Positions 1 to 10,057 of a stretch of 64,000 nt of DNA are shown piece by piece (position 1 is the first letter of the stretch; the number at the start of each line of letters is the position of its first letter). The notes beneath the pieces are model-generated. The model saw nothing but the letters and a program-made list of their open reading frames with translations, did not search any database and was not told where the DNA came from. Source of the DNA: Candidatus Dormiibacterota bacterium (GTDB lineage Archaea; Thermoproteota; Bathyarchaeia; 40CM-2-53-6); assembly GCA_035637535.1 (NCBI GenBank), contig DASPWZ010000049.1, positions 42,539-106,538 on the forward strand, written 5' to 3'. Both the position numbers and the translations under genes were made by a program.

Positions 1-2
1 TA

Positions 3-308
3 GTGAAAGTAATCGAGGGCAACGCTCTCAAAGTTCTACCAACGTTAAAGGAAGAGTTCGACATGATTTTTCTAGACTCCGACAAGGACGTTTATCCTGA
101 CGCGTTCAAAATGTCCCTACCCATGCTCCGGAAGGGAGGATTGTTCGTAGCGGACAACGCTCTGTGGGGTGGAGACGTGGCTAAGGGTGGCAAGTCGAAG
201 GACACTCAGTCCATGATTAAGTTCAACCGCCTAGTCTCAGAATCTGCCGGAATGTCAACGGTTATTGTTCCCCTCCGGGACGGCGTGCTGGTCAGTCTAA
301 AGGAATAG
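3..308 (+). CDS. O-methyltransferase (class I SAM-dependent), 5'-truncated by window edge
   Basis: FDMIFLDSDK, LRKGGLFVADNALW and PLRDG motifs typical of the COMT/Methyltransf_3 family. Confidence 0.85.
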   Translation: MKVIEGNALKVLPTLKEEFDMIFLDSDKDVYPDAFKMSLPMLRKGGLFVADNALWGGDVAKGGKSKDTQSMIKFNRLVSESAGMSTVIVPLRDGVLVSLKE

Positions 309-480
309 CTGTCTCTGGCTGTCGTGAGAACCATTGCAGTCGTTGACGCATACAACCAAGGTCGGCAGAGAACGGCGCACTCTACATTTTTATACGAAAC
401 TGTACAAATCTCTTTAATCCAGTGGCGCGAGGTGTTAGGATACTTCCTCGGTTTTCATCGAGAAAACGGGATGGGAAGGA

Positions 481-3240
481 GTGTCAAATAGAATGGAAAC
501 ACATCAAATACCGAAGGTCCCCGGAGGGGAATTCAGATACCAGAGACGCTACACGAAACTGGGCATCCATCCCTACGATGCTGTAAGATGGGAAACACGG
601 GACGCCGTAATTACCGACGCTAAAGGCCAGGTCATTTTTGAGCAGAAGGGGGTTGAGGTCCCGTCTCTCTGGTCTCAGACTGCAACTAACATTGTTGCTT
701 CGAAATATTTCCGTGGACGTCTCGGGACCCGCGAGAGAGAATCCAGCGTCCGCCAACTACTCGATAGAGTTGCGAAGACGATAACGAAGTGGGGCGTGAA
801 AGGCCAGTACTTCCTAGACGAGGAAGAGGCTCAGATATTCGAGGCCGAGCTTACTCACATTCTTCTCAACCAGATGGCCGCATTCAACAGCCCAGTCTGG
901 TTCAACGTTGGGGTTGAGGATCGTCCCCAGTGCTCAGCGTGTTTCATCAACTCTGTCAAAGACGACATGCGATCGATAATGCAGCTCGCCATGACCGAAG
1001 GAATGCTGTTCAAGTACGGATCCGGAACAGGATCCAACCTCTCAGCACTCCGCTCCTCGAAAGAGCATCTCTCCACCGGTGGAAAGGCGAGCGGCCCCGT
1101 ATCATTCATGAAAGGCTACGACGCCTTCGCGGGCGTTATAAAATCCGGCGGACGAACCCGACGAGCCGCCAAAATGGTCATTCTCAACGCTGATCATCCG
1201 GATGTCGTCGAGTTCATCTGGTCAAAGGCGAACGAGGAGAAGAAAGCTTGGGCGCTCATAGACGCAGGCTACGACGGAGCTGTTGACGGCGAGGCCTATG
1301 GCTCGGTCTTCTTCCAGAACGCGAACCACAGTGTCCGCGTGACCGACGATTTCATGCACGCAGTCACTGACAACAAAGAGTGGCAGACACACTACATCAC
1401 CAACCACAAGGTCGCGGACACGTACAAGGCTCGTGATCTGATGCGGCAGATGGCTGATGCAGCCTACATCTGCGGCGACCCCGGAATACAGTTCGACACA
1501 ACGGTCAACGAATGGAATCCCTGCTCCAACACTGACCGGATCAACGCCTCTAACCCATGCTCAGAGTACATGTTCCTCGACGATTCAGCCTGCAACCTTG
1601 CCTCGTTGAACTTGATGAAATTCCGGACTCCTGAGGGAGAGTTCGATGTTGAATCCTTCAAGCACGCCGTCGAGATAGTCATCACAGCCCAGGAGATTCT
1701 GGTGGATAACGCGAGCTACCCGACTCCAGGGATTGAGAAGAACAGCCACGATTATCGTCCGCTGGGAATGGGCTACGCAAACCTAGGCGCACTGCTCATG
1801 TCGCGCGGCCTAGCCTATGACAGCGATAAGGGCCGAAACCTCTCCGCCGCCATCTCAGCCCTAATGTCCGGACACGCCTACGCAACCTCATCACTCATCG
1901 CTAAGAGGCTGGGACCCTTCAGAGGCTACCCGAGCAACGAGAAACCATTCCTCAACGTTATCGGGATGCATAGATCCCACGCTGGGAAGCTTCCGCGCGA
2001 GGATGTCCCGAAGGATCTCGTTGATGCAGCGGTACGGTCCTGGGACGAGGCCTTGTCCCTTGGGGAGCGGTTCGGTTTCAAGAACGCCCAGATATCCGTG
2101 ATCGCGCCGACGGGGACGATCGCGTTCATGATGGACTGTGACACCACCGGGATCGAGCCGGACATTGCCTTGGTCAAGTACAAGTGGCTAGTAGGCGGCG
2201 GGGTCATCAAGATCGTAAACGGCACTGTCCCAGAGGCCTTGAAGAGACTCGGATACTCAACAAGTCAGACGGATGAGATTCTAAGTTATCTTCAGAACAA
2301 CGACACGATTGAGGGCGCTCCACATCTAAAGCCGGAACATCTCTCTGTCTTCGACTGTGCTTTCAAGCCGTCCAAGGGATCCCGTAGCATCCACTACATG
2401 GGACATGTGAAGATGATGAGCGCTGTCCAGCCGTTCATCTCGGGAGCGATATCGAAGACGGTAAACATGCCGAACAGCGTGACGGTCGACGAGATCATGC
2501 AGACCTATGTGAACTCGTGGAAGATGGGTCTGAAAGCTATCGCGATCTACCGGGACGGGTCCAAGAGGACACAGCCACTGACGACGAGCCTCGACGAGAA
2601 GGAGAAGGGCAAGCCGCTAGAGAAGCTGGCTTACAAGCCTCTACGGAAACGTCTACCTGATCAGCGCGACGCTACGATTCACAAGTTCAGCATCAACGGA
2701 AACGAAGGATACCTAATGGTGGGACTGTACGCTGATGGATCTCCGGGCGAGATCTTTGTCGTGATGTCGAAGGAAGGCAGCACCATCTCGGGACTAATGG
2801 ACGCGTTCGCTACATCAATCTCTATCGCCCTACAATACGGCGTTCCACTAAGGGTCCTGGTCAACAAGTTCATCCACACCCGGTTCGAGCCGGCAGGGAT
2901 GACGAACAATCCAGAGATCAGATTTGCAAAATCCGTGGTCGACTATATCTTCAGATATCTCGGACTGAAGTATCTGTCGGAAGAGGACCAGGACGCGATG
3001 GGCTTGGCGAGGACGATGGTCGAGAACCATGAGACTCAAGCAAAGCTCGTCGAGCCGACCCAGAAGCTGGCAGAACAGAGAATCGTGGAACACGAGTCGG
3101 CCAGTCGCTTAGAGCCGGAGCTGTTGACGTTCGATCCCCAGTCGGACGCGCCCGCATGCGACAACTGCGGCATGATCATGGTCCGAGCAGGCTCCTGCTA
3201 CAAGTGTCTGAACTGCGGAAACACAAGCGGCTGCGGCTAG
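481..3240 (+). CDS. nrdJ: Class II (adenosylcobalamin-dependent) ribonucleotide reductase with C-terminal TSCPD-like domain and Zn ribbon
   Basis: PQCSACF, NASNPCSEY radical-Cys motif, APTGTI, GAISKTVN, YRDGS, and terminal CxxC...CxxC..GCG; no N-terminal ATP cone. Confidence 0.95.
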   Translation: MSNRMETHQIPKVPGGEFRYQRRYTKLGIHPYDAVRWETRDAVITDAKGQVIFEQKGVEVPSLWSQTATNIVASKYFRGRLGTRERESSVRQLLDRVAKTITKWGVKGQYFLDEEEAQIFEAELTHILLNQMAAFNSPVWFNVGVEDRPQCSACFINSVKDDMRSIMQLAMTEGMLFKYGSGTGSNLSALRSSKEHLSTGGKASGPVSFMKGYDAFAGVIKSGGRTRRAAKMVILNADHPDVVEFIWSKANEEKKAWALIDAGYDGAVDGEAYGSVFFQNANHSVRVTDDFMHAVTDNKEWQTHYITNHKVADTYKARDLMRQMADAAYICGDPGIQFDTTVNEWNPCSNTDRINASNPCSEYMFLDDSACNLASLNLMKFRTPEGEFDVESFKHAVEIVITAQEILVDNASYPTPGIEKNSHDYRPLGMGYANLGALLMSRGLAYDSDKGRNLSAAISALMSGHAYATSSLIAKRLGPFRGYPSNEKPFLNVIGMHRSHAGKLPREDVPKDLVDAAVRSWDEALSLGERFGFKNAQISVIAPTGTIAFMMDCDTTGIEPDIALVKYKWLVGGGVIKIVNGTVPEALKRLGYSTSQTDEILSYLQNNDTIEGAPHLKPEHLSVFDCAFKPSKGSRSIHYMGHVKMMSAVQPFISGAISKTVNMPNSVTVDEIMQTYVNSWKMGLKAIAIYRDGSKRTQPLTTSLDEKEKGKPLEKLAYKPLRKRLPDQRDATIHKFSINGNEGYLMVGLYADGSPGEIFVVMSKEGSTISGLMDAFATSISIALQYGVPLRVLVNKFIHTRFEPAGMTNNPEIRFAKSVVDYIFRYLGLKYLSEEDQDAMGLARTMVENHETQAKLVEPTQKLAEQRIVEHESASRLEPELLTFDPQSDAPACDNCGMIMVRAGSCYKCLNCGNTSGCG

Positions 3241-3738
3241 AAAGCAAGAGATTTCCTCGCCGAGAACTCCTCCAAACAAGACTCTTGTGTCGCGAGACTG
3301 AACTGCTTTCGGCATTTCTCTGCTGGTAACGGATATGTTAACCGTGAATGGTGACAGGGCCTTAACTAGAAAAATCCTAGGCGACAGATAATAACGGGCT
3401 GGGAAGCCACAGTTCTACTACCTCTGCAGGACCCGCATTACGAGAATGTTGCCTTCCTAGTCCTCGCGATCCACACTCTATCTATTCGATAGGGTTCGGG
3501 GAGAAAATCATTAACAGCAACAAGCGTACGGGACGTCAATAGATAGGAGTAGAACGGGCGAATTGTTCAAGGTGACCAGCCGACGGAATGGCTAGACAAG
3601 AAGGGGATAGGTCATCACGTTGCATCATGCCCTTGCTGGAGATGCCACCTTTTCAGACTAATCGGGTTAGCCTCAGCTGGAAGACTAGCGGAGGCCGAGT
3701 CCAGATTTCAACCGCAGAGCGCTAGCCTCTCGACTAGA

Positions 3739-5214
3739 CTGGAGCTGCCCCAGCCGGCGAGAGCCGCTGAAACAGCCGAAGCCCTGGCTCTTCGAAGTCG
3801 CTGGCTGATTCTCGGGGTTGTACTGGTCGGCTCATTCATGGCTGTTCTCGACGTGTTTATAGTGACGCAGGGCCTCCCGTCAATCAAGACTACCCTCGGA
3901 GCTGGAGTATCCGATCTTGAGCTCGTAGTATCAGCATACTCTCTAGTCTATGCCGTCTTCCTGATAACCGGAGGCCGTCTCGGAGACATTCTAGATCGGA
4001 GACGAATTTTTCTGTTTGGCATGACCGTCTTCACAGTCGCCTCAGCACTGGCAGGGTACGCACCCTCGGCCCCATTTCTTGTCGGAGCACGCGCGCTCCA
4101 GGGTCTCGGCGCCGCGTTAATGTATCCACAGGTCTTGTCAATTATTCAGGTCACTTTCAAAGGATCCGAAAGAGCTCTAGCGCTAGGTCTCTTCGCCGCT
4201 ATCAGCGGCATAGGCGCGATCACCGGAAACATCGTCGGTGGCCTTCTCATACAGCTCAACTTGGCAGGTCTCGCCTGGAGACCCATCTTCCTAGTCAACG
4301 TTCCAATCGGCATTTTCGGAGTCTTAGCAGGGTTCCTGGTTCTCCATCCTTCTAGGGCAGAACGAGCACCGAAGCTAGATTTGCCGGGTGTCGGACTGAT
4401 CTCCCTCTTCCTAGTCTCACTGATCCTGCCGCTCGCTGAAGGACAACAGCTGGGATGGCCGACATGGATCATACTACTCCTGTTCGCATCCGTCCCACTG
4501 CTCGGGGTCTTCGTTCTCTACGAAGGCAGAAGAACAGACGCTGGAGCTGACCCTCTGGTCGACATGGACCTGTTCAAACACCGGTCGTTCGCGGTGGGCA
4601 CGCCTCTCGTCATCCTCTACTACGTTGGAGCAAGCGGGCTCTTCTTCACCTTCGTCCTGTTCCTACAATCAGGCCTCGGATTCTCGCCCATAGATTCCGG
4701 ACTCGCATTCGCCGCTATCAACACCGGCTTCATCACAGCATCACTCCTCGGCCCACGACTCATCCCGCGACTCGGCAACCGTCTCCTGAGCCTCGCATAC
4801 GTCTTGCAAGCCGCGGGCTTGATCTGGACAATGTTCACCGTCACCTCCTATGGGACCGGACTCACGCTGTACGAACTAGCGGCCCCGCTCATAGTATTCG
4901 GACTAGGCGCCGGCTTTGCACTCTCACCACTCCTAGGAATTATTCTATCGGGAGTCCCGAGCCAAGACGTGGGAGCAGCCTCAGGCGTAGTCTCGACTTC
5001 TATGCAGATCGGGAACACTGTCGGCATCTCGCTGTTCGGACTACTCTTCTACCGCTTCCTCAGCAGCCAACTATCATCAACCCCCATCTCATACCTAGAC
5101 TCGTTCAAGCTGACTCTCCCCTTCTTGATCATACCATCAATCTCGTCCTTTCTCATAGTCTTCCTCCTCACACAGCATCGTGCAAGGCAGATCATCCACC
5201 GCCTGGAGGCCTGA
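3739..5214 (+). CDS. MFS drug:H+ antiporter (DHA2, 14 TM); start uncertain
   Basis: GGRLGDILDRRR motif A, RALQGLGAA, WRPIFLVNVPIG. TM1 (RWLILGVVLVGSF) lies upstream of ATG 3838, so the start is earlier; CTG 3739 is tentative and the frame is open from 3553. Confidence 0.85.
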   Translation: MELPQPARAAETAEALALRSRWLILGVVLVGSFMAVLDVFIVTQGLPSIKTTLGAGVSDLELVVSAYSLVYAVFLITGGRLGDILDRRRIFLFGMTVFTVASALAGYAPSAPFLVGARALQGLGAALMYPQVLSIIQVTFKGSERALALGLFAAISGIGAITGNIVGGLLIQLNLAGLAWRPIFLVNVPIGIFGVLAGFLVLHPSRAERAPKLDLPGVGLISLFLVSLILPLAEGQQLGWPTWIILLLFASVPLLGVFVLYEGRRTDAGADPLVDMDLFKHRSFAVGTPLVILYYVGASGLFFTFVLFLQSGLGFSPIDSGLAFAAINTGFITASLLGPRLIPRLGNRLLSLAYVLQAAGLIWTMFTVTSYGTGLTLYELAAPLIVFGLGAGFALSPLLGIILSGVPSQDVGAASGVVSTSMQIGNTVGISLFGLLFYRFLSSQLSSTPISYLDSFKLTLPFLIIPSISSFLIVFLLTQHRARQIIHRLEA

Positions 5215-5401
5215 CCAATAGGGTAAACCCTGACCGAAAGCCATTCAGATATTGCGGCATCTAATCAAAAACAGAAATATGAGTCCCAACCTAGGACCTA
5301 ATCCCTGTCTCAATCATTGATATTCTTAGAAAAATCTGTGGATAGGATTCATCCCTTTTTTATCGAAGAGCTCACGCAATTAGACCTGGTTGCTTGATGC
5401 A

Positions 5402-5830
5402 CTAATCGCTTGATCCGAGATCAAACTTTGTCATTATCTTCAGAATGATCTTTTCTGTGTCTGCCGAACGATCAAGCGAGAGGCCAAGAGACCTTCTTGC
5501 GGATAAAGGAATTGTCACCATTTTCAACCCTTTGTGTGTGATAAGCACGGATTCTGTGCGACCAAACAACTCGTCGGTCTGTCTCGCCATCTCTGTAACA
5601 ATACTTGACCAGAACCCAATCCTCTTGCGAAGGTCAATACTCTGGCTAAGGACGTTCTTTGTCCTCGCGGTTTCTGCGCAGCCTGTAACCTCTGCCCCTT
5701 CGATAAATGCGGCGACCCTAATCGATGGATCTGACTCTATAATCTGTTTGCAGACCGTATTATCATCGCGGTTTTTCTCGGTTGAGAGATTCTCCGACTC
5801 GAAGTTCCGGCCGACATTTTGGGATGGCAA
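5402..5830 (-). CDS. Roadblock/profilin-like small protein (DUF6659-like)
   Basis: CKQIIESDPSIRVAAFI...LFGRTESVLITHKGLKMVTIPL...LSLD pattern resembles archaeal Roadblock-fold proteins. Confidence 0.55.
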   Translation of the reverse strand: MPSQNVGRNFESENLSTEKNRDDNTVCKQIIESDPSIRVAAFIEGAEVTGCAETARTKNVLSQSIDLRKRIGFWSSIVTEMARQTDELFGRTESVLITHKGLKMVTIPLSARRSLGLSLDRSADTEKIILKIMTKFDLGSSD

Positions 5831-6026
5831 GGCCTGAGCTTCGAGGTTCTCCTCTCACTTTGTCTTTCTTGTACCTGCTTTGGATTCAAAGAGTTACGCA
5901 CTAAGGCTGAGACCTCTTCCAAGCGGCGACGCCTTTATGTCCCTAAATCTATCCTGCACCAGTAACGAGATAGTTAATCGCCACTTGAACCGCTTTTCAT
6001 TAACTCGCTAGAGCGCTGAATACTTT

Positions 6027-6371
6027 TTGGACGAGAAATGGTTGGACCCTAAATCGGATTTCTCCAGCATATTTCAAGAGTCGGTTAAGGAAGGTTTGCG
6101 CAATACTCTAGGAGAAACGGTCATGCTAACGGTTGTGCCGCTTCTCAAACAGTCGCTCCAGACCTACGCTGAGAAGCCCAGCGAGTTTCACCGAGAGCTC
6201 CAGTTCTACTTCGGATTCGGAGCCTTGACATTGGAACGGATGATAGTGAAAGAACTCTTCCAGAAGCTGAATCTTCACTACACATCGAGTAGCGAGCTCG
6301 ACTTCGAAACCTCAATCGGACTTGCGAGGAAGGATCTTTTCTTGCTTCAAAGAGGAGTCACAAGAAAATGA
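6027..6371 (+). CDS. Small helical KaiC-associated protein (DUF3227-like)
   Basis: LGET...KPSEFHRELQFYFGFGALTLERMIVKELFQKL pattern; directly upstream of the KaiC-like ATPase. Confidence 0.6.
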   Translation: MDEKWLDPKSDFSSIFQESVKEGLRNTLGETVMLTVVPLLKQSLQTYAEKPSEFHRELQFYFGFGALTLERMIVKELFQKLNLHYTSSSELDFETSIGLARKDLFLLQRGVTRK

Positions 6372-6447
6372 CTACCGAAAGCAAACCCTTCGACACGCTA
6401 CTCGTCAACCAGTTGAAGACTCTCAAAACAGGAAAGAAGGACTAGCC

Positions 6448-7233
6448 ATGGCCCGTAACAAGACTGGAATCCTTGAACTCGATGAGATGCTCCGAGGAGG
6501 ATTCATGGACAAGGACGCGGTAATGGTTGCCGGGAGTGCGGGCACCGGAAAGACCACCCTCGCTCTGGAATATCTCGTGAACGGTGCAACCCAGTTCGGC
6601 GAGCCTGGAATATACCTCACCTTCGAACAACTCCCAGACCAGATCTATCGCGACGCAGAAAACTTCGGCTGGGACCTAAGAAAGCTAGAGGCCGAAAACA
6701 AGTTGAGAGTCGTGTGCACCAGCCCCGATCTCCTCCTGGATCCTGAGGGAGAAGAACAGTTACTCGGGGAAACGATCAAAGAATTACAGCCGCGAAGAAT
6801 GGTAATCGACTCTCTCAATCATTTGGAAATGTACGTGCCACGGGGCGATCTTCGCAAGGAAGCCTACCGGATACTAATGTACATCAAGACACGGGGAATC
6901 AGTCCCTTAGTGATCTGGGAAGCCCAACAGGGAACAGAGAGTTCCTATGCGGTTACGCAAACCGGCATGAGTTTTCTCATTGACTGCCTGGTCCTGCTGA
7001 AATTCGTGGAGATCAACTCTTCGATGAAGAAGGCCCTAGCTATAATGAAGATGAGAGGGAGCGACCATGACAAGCACTTGAGAGAATACGAGATAACCGC
7101 TCACGGAGTAAGAGTGGCAGCACCATTTTCTGGATATGAGGGGATCATAACGGGTTCCCCACACAGGTCATTGACACAAGAAGTCGCCGGAGCTTGGGAC
7201 AATGCGTTCACAAAAACGAAACATAAACAATAG
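6448..7233 (+). CDS. Single-domain KaiC/RAD55-family ATPase
   Basis: TGILELD, Walker A GSAGTGKT, YLTFEQ, Walker B VIDSL, KMRGSDH and a CII-like tail EGIITGSP; ATG 6448 follows GAAGGA. Confidence 0.9.
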   Translation: MARNKTGILELDEMLRGGFMDKDAVMVAGSAGTGKTTLALEYLVNGATQFGEPGIYLTFEQLPDQIYRDAENFGWDLRKLEAENKLRVVCTSPDLLLDPEGEEQLLGETIKELQPRRMVIDSLNHLEMYVPRGDLRKEAYRILMYIKTRGISPLVIWEAQQGTESSYAVTQTGMSFLIDCLVLLKFVEINSSMKKALAIMKMRGSDHDKHLREYEITAHGVRVAAPFSGYEGIITGSPHRSLTQEVAGAWDNAFTKTKHKQ

Positions 7234-7280
7234 CCATCAAGAGTGTCTAGAAAAACGTCATTCAACCAAATCTCCACCCT

Positions 7281-8135
7281 GTGCCAGCGGTACGGAATGC
7301 AAGTTTGATCTCTCCTCACACGACCAGGCGTATTGGAGTAGTTCCTGTCCCGATTTTTGTCGCGCTGATCGCAATCCTTGACATGGTACTTCCCACCAGC
7401 GTAGCGGCAAGTGTAGCCTTCAACCCACTATTGGTTTTCGCGATGCTACAGACCCTGTTCCTTTTTGGAACTGCGGTCGTGGTCGCCTACATTTCTCTGA
7501 AGAGTTATTTGTCTGGAGGTTCGCGGACCATTCTCTTGCTAGGTAGCGGGACTCTGGCATGGGGTTTCGCAAGCATGGTAGCTGGCTGGTTGCTTGGCCC
7601 TCCAGGCGGGCCGAATGTTGCTGTGACCATTAGTAACTCAGGTGCCCTGTTCGCATCACTGTTCTACAGCGCAAGCGCTACAACCACGACGCGTTCAGGT
7701 TCAACAAGAGACTCGAAGTCGCGCAAATCGAAGTTACTTCTAGCCTACGGTGGTGCAGTCGGCTTCCTCGTGGCGCTGACAGTGTTCGCGCTTCTAGGCG
7801 CGACTCCTGCCTTTTTCGTTCCAGGAGCTGGCTCTACGTTGTTGAGGCAGGTTGTTGTAGCGACGGGGCTCTTCATGTTCTCGGCGTCGTCCATCCTCTT
7901 CATGAGGCTGTATCGTGATTCAAGATCAGGGATCTTGTTCTGGTACTCGATGGCCTTAGCTTCGACGACCATAGGGCTGGCCGCGTTCTACTTCGGTAGA
8001 ACTGTTGGGGATCCAATCGCTTGGACCGGTAGGATAGCCACCTATCTCGGAGGAATATACTCCCTCATTGCAATCTGGTCCGCCAGCCGAGGCTCACACG
8101 TTAGTCCTGCCGGTCCATTCACAGCTTCGGTCTAG
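7281..8135 (+). CDS. Polytopic membrane protein (about 8 TM), MASE-like sensor module with no output domain
   Basis: About 8 hydrophobic segments, with LFWYSMALA and GDPIAWTGR..YLGG resembling archaeal kinase input domains; the ORF ends shortly after the last TM. Confidence 0.55.
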   Translation: MPAVRNASLISPHTTRRIGVVPVPIFVALIAILDMVLPTSVAASVAFNPLLVFAMLQTLFLFGTAVVVAYISLKSYLSGGSRTILLLGSGTLAWGFASMVAGWLLGPPGGPNVAVTISNSGALFASLFYSASATTTTRSGSTRDSKSRKSKLLLAYGGAVGFLVALTVFALLGATPAFFVPGAGSTLLRQVVVATGLFMFSASSILFMRLYRDSRSGILFWYSMALASTTIGLAAFYFGRTVGDPIAWTGRIATYLGGIYSLIAIWSASRGSHVSPAGPFTASV

Positions 8136-8254
8136 GGCCCTCGTAGGTGCCCACTTACCTATTTTCATCAAGTAAATGGGTAGTCTATCGTTGCATTGGG
8201 GAAACAGGCACGAACTAATTCTCTGGATCGTTAGCTAGGAGACGCTGGTTTCAA

Positions 8255-10057
8255 TTAGTCTCGTACTGCCAGATAGCTGTCGATAAGTTGAGGCACGACT
8301 GTTCGTGCCCCAAACCAAAACTCCTTGTTTGCCTGGTCACCGGGAGCAAACAAGTGGTCAAATTTCAAGCGATCTTCCTCAGATGGCATACGTTCTAGGC
8401 ATCTCAAAGCGAACTCTCGCAATTGACGTGCACTGTCTAAGCCAGCATTCTTAGCCACGTAGTACAGTGCCAGTTTTTCCACTTCTGCGACATCGCGTCC
8501 GGTGTCGCGGCCTGCAAGCCTCAGATTTCCGAGAGTAACGAGGATCTTGTCTTCCAAAGACATCGAAGGTATCTCGTACTGGTTATTGTCTGGTATCCGA
8601 GAAATCAGGTCAGAACCTTTTGGCCGTGAAGCAATCAGCGACTTCATCTCGGCCAAGCTATCGCCAGAGCTTCCCGCAAGCACGAAGACTCTCGGGGTCA
8701 CCTTTGAGGAATCAAGGTATGGAAGCAATGTCTCGTAAGGCCATGACTTGCCAGACTTACCGTCGACTTCGTCGATAAAGAAGAGACTTGGCCTTTCCGA
8801 TTTTTCGGTAGCGGATAGGATTGAGCGAGCCTCCGATTCTTCGACTTCAGCTAAGTTCAAGTGTACATATTCGACATTGCCGCGGTTTCGTTCGAGTGAG
8901 CCTTGCATCTTTTCCGTCTTGGGCTTGGGATGAGCAAGTGTTTCGGTTACCTGTTTGACGAAGAATGTTTTGCCGCTTCCGGGACGGGCCCAAATCAGGT
9001 AGTTCTCATGTTTGGATGCGTTTGAAGATTGGAGGCCTGCCACGATTTTCTGTTTGAGATCTTTCAAAACGTTTCGAGTCTTCTCATTGTATCTCGTGTA
9101 GCTTCCTACCACACAATACTTTGACAATTCGATTTCAGAAGTACGCTCGAGAAGAGAAACTAGTTCCTTAGCTTGAGCCATGGATCGATCGTCCTCGCGA
9201 TCGACCCTTGCCAGTTCGGATACTCCGAGAAACCTTCTAGTTTCCACCAGGAACTCTTTCCACGCCTCCTCATCTTCCATGAGAATGTGGTTTCTACTGT
9301 TCAACGGAACAAAGTGAGCATCAGCGATCCTGGTCGCGAGATCCCTGCCATCCTCGAATGGCAGGACAAGATCGCCCCGGGAGTGCAAAATCAGTGTTGG
9401 CACCGTTATTCTTGGTAGCAGATCTTGGACGTTGATCTGGAGAAATTCTTTGATGAATCGCACTGCGTTCTCTGGTGAGGTAGATTTTTTCTGTAACTCA
9501 GTGAACCAGTGTCGTTCCTCGACCTTTCCATCAGGCATGAAGATTGATGTGAACAACTGTTCATACGCGGGGTTACCTGTTCCCCAGCCGACCCTCGTCA
9601 GGGTCAGCATAGCATTCAACTCTTCAAGATCCCTCATCGACGATCGCGCCTTAGCGCGACCTAGCGCGCTTGCCCCATAGAGAATCAGGTGGTTTACACG
9701 TTCAGGATGTCTTGCCGCGTAAGCTATACTTAACGCTCCACCATGAGAAAGTCCGAGTAGCGCGAATTTCTCGAGCCCAAGGCTATCAACGACCGCTTCC
9801 AGATCCTCTACCCAGTTCTCGAACGTGGAGGATGCTACTTCTCGATCGGAGAGGCCGCATCCACGATCGTCGTATCGAGTGTACGAGTGATACCTTGACA
9901 GCTCCCTACTCCAATGCCTCAAAACCGGACTGTCAAAGTCGAACTGCAAATGGCCAAGCCAAGTAGCTGCCTTTACCAGCGGAGGACCAGAACCTATGGT
10001 TGAGTACGCAATCCGCGTTCCATCCCTAGAAGTGCAAAATCTGATCCGCTGTTCCAG
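8255..10057 (-). CDS. Alpha/beta-hydrolase - AAA+ P-loop NTPase fusion (about 600 aa, CTG start)
   Basis: N-terminus (M)EQRIRFCTSRDGTRIAYSTIGSGPPLV is in frame upstream of the called ORF; RYDDRGCGLSD, nucleophile GLSHGG, NHIL; C-terminal ARPGSGKT and FFIDEVD. Confidence 0.85.
   Translation of the reverse strand: MEQRIRFCTSRDGTRIAYSTIGSGPPLVKAATWLGHLQFDFDSPVLRHWSRELSRYHSYTRYDDRGCGLSDREVASSTFENWVEDLEAVVDSLGLEKFALLGLSHGGALSIAYAARHPERVNHLILYGASALGRAKARSSMRDLEELNAMLTLTRVGWGTGNPAYEQLFTSIFMPDGKVEERHWFTELQKKSTSPENAVRFIKEFLQINVQDLLPRITVPTLILHSRGDLVLPFEDGRDLATRIADAHFVPLNSRNHILMEDEEAWKEFLVETRRFLGVSELARVDREDDRSMAQAKELVSLLERTSEIELSKYCVVGSYTRYNEKTRNVLKDLKQKIVAGLQSSNASKHENYLIWARPGSGKTFFVKQVTETLAHPKPKTEKMQGSLERNRGNVEYVHLNLAEVEESEARSILSATEKSERPSLFFIDEVDGKSGKSWPYETLLPYLDSSKVTPRVFVLAGSSGDSLAEMKSLIASRPKGSDLISRIPDNNQYEIPSMSLEDKILVTLGNLRLAGRDTGRDVAEVEKLALYYVAKNAGLDSARQLREFALRCLERMPSEEDRLKFDHLFAPGDQANKEFWFGARTVVPQLIDSYLAVRD

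Noticed and set aside
481..3240. Inteins in NrdJ (also checked CDC48, RadA, PolB2)
   Set aside because: Lengths are normal and no intein splice or LAGLIDADG blocks were seen
3240..3550. Possible cobalamin riboswitch near B12-dependent nrdJ (CTGGGAAG)
   Set aside because: It is downstream of nrdJ, and the other B12-box elements are not recognisable
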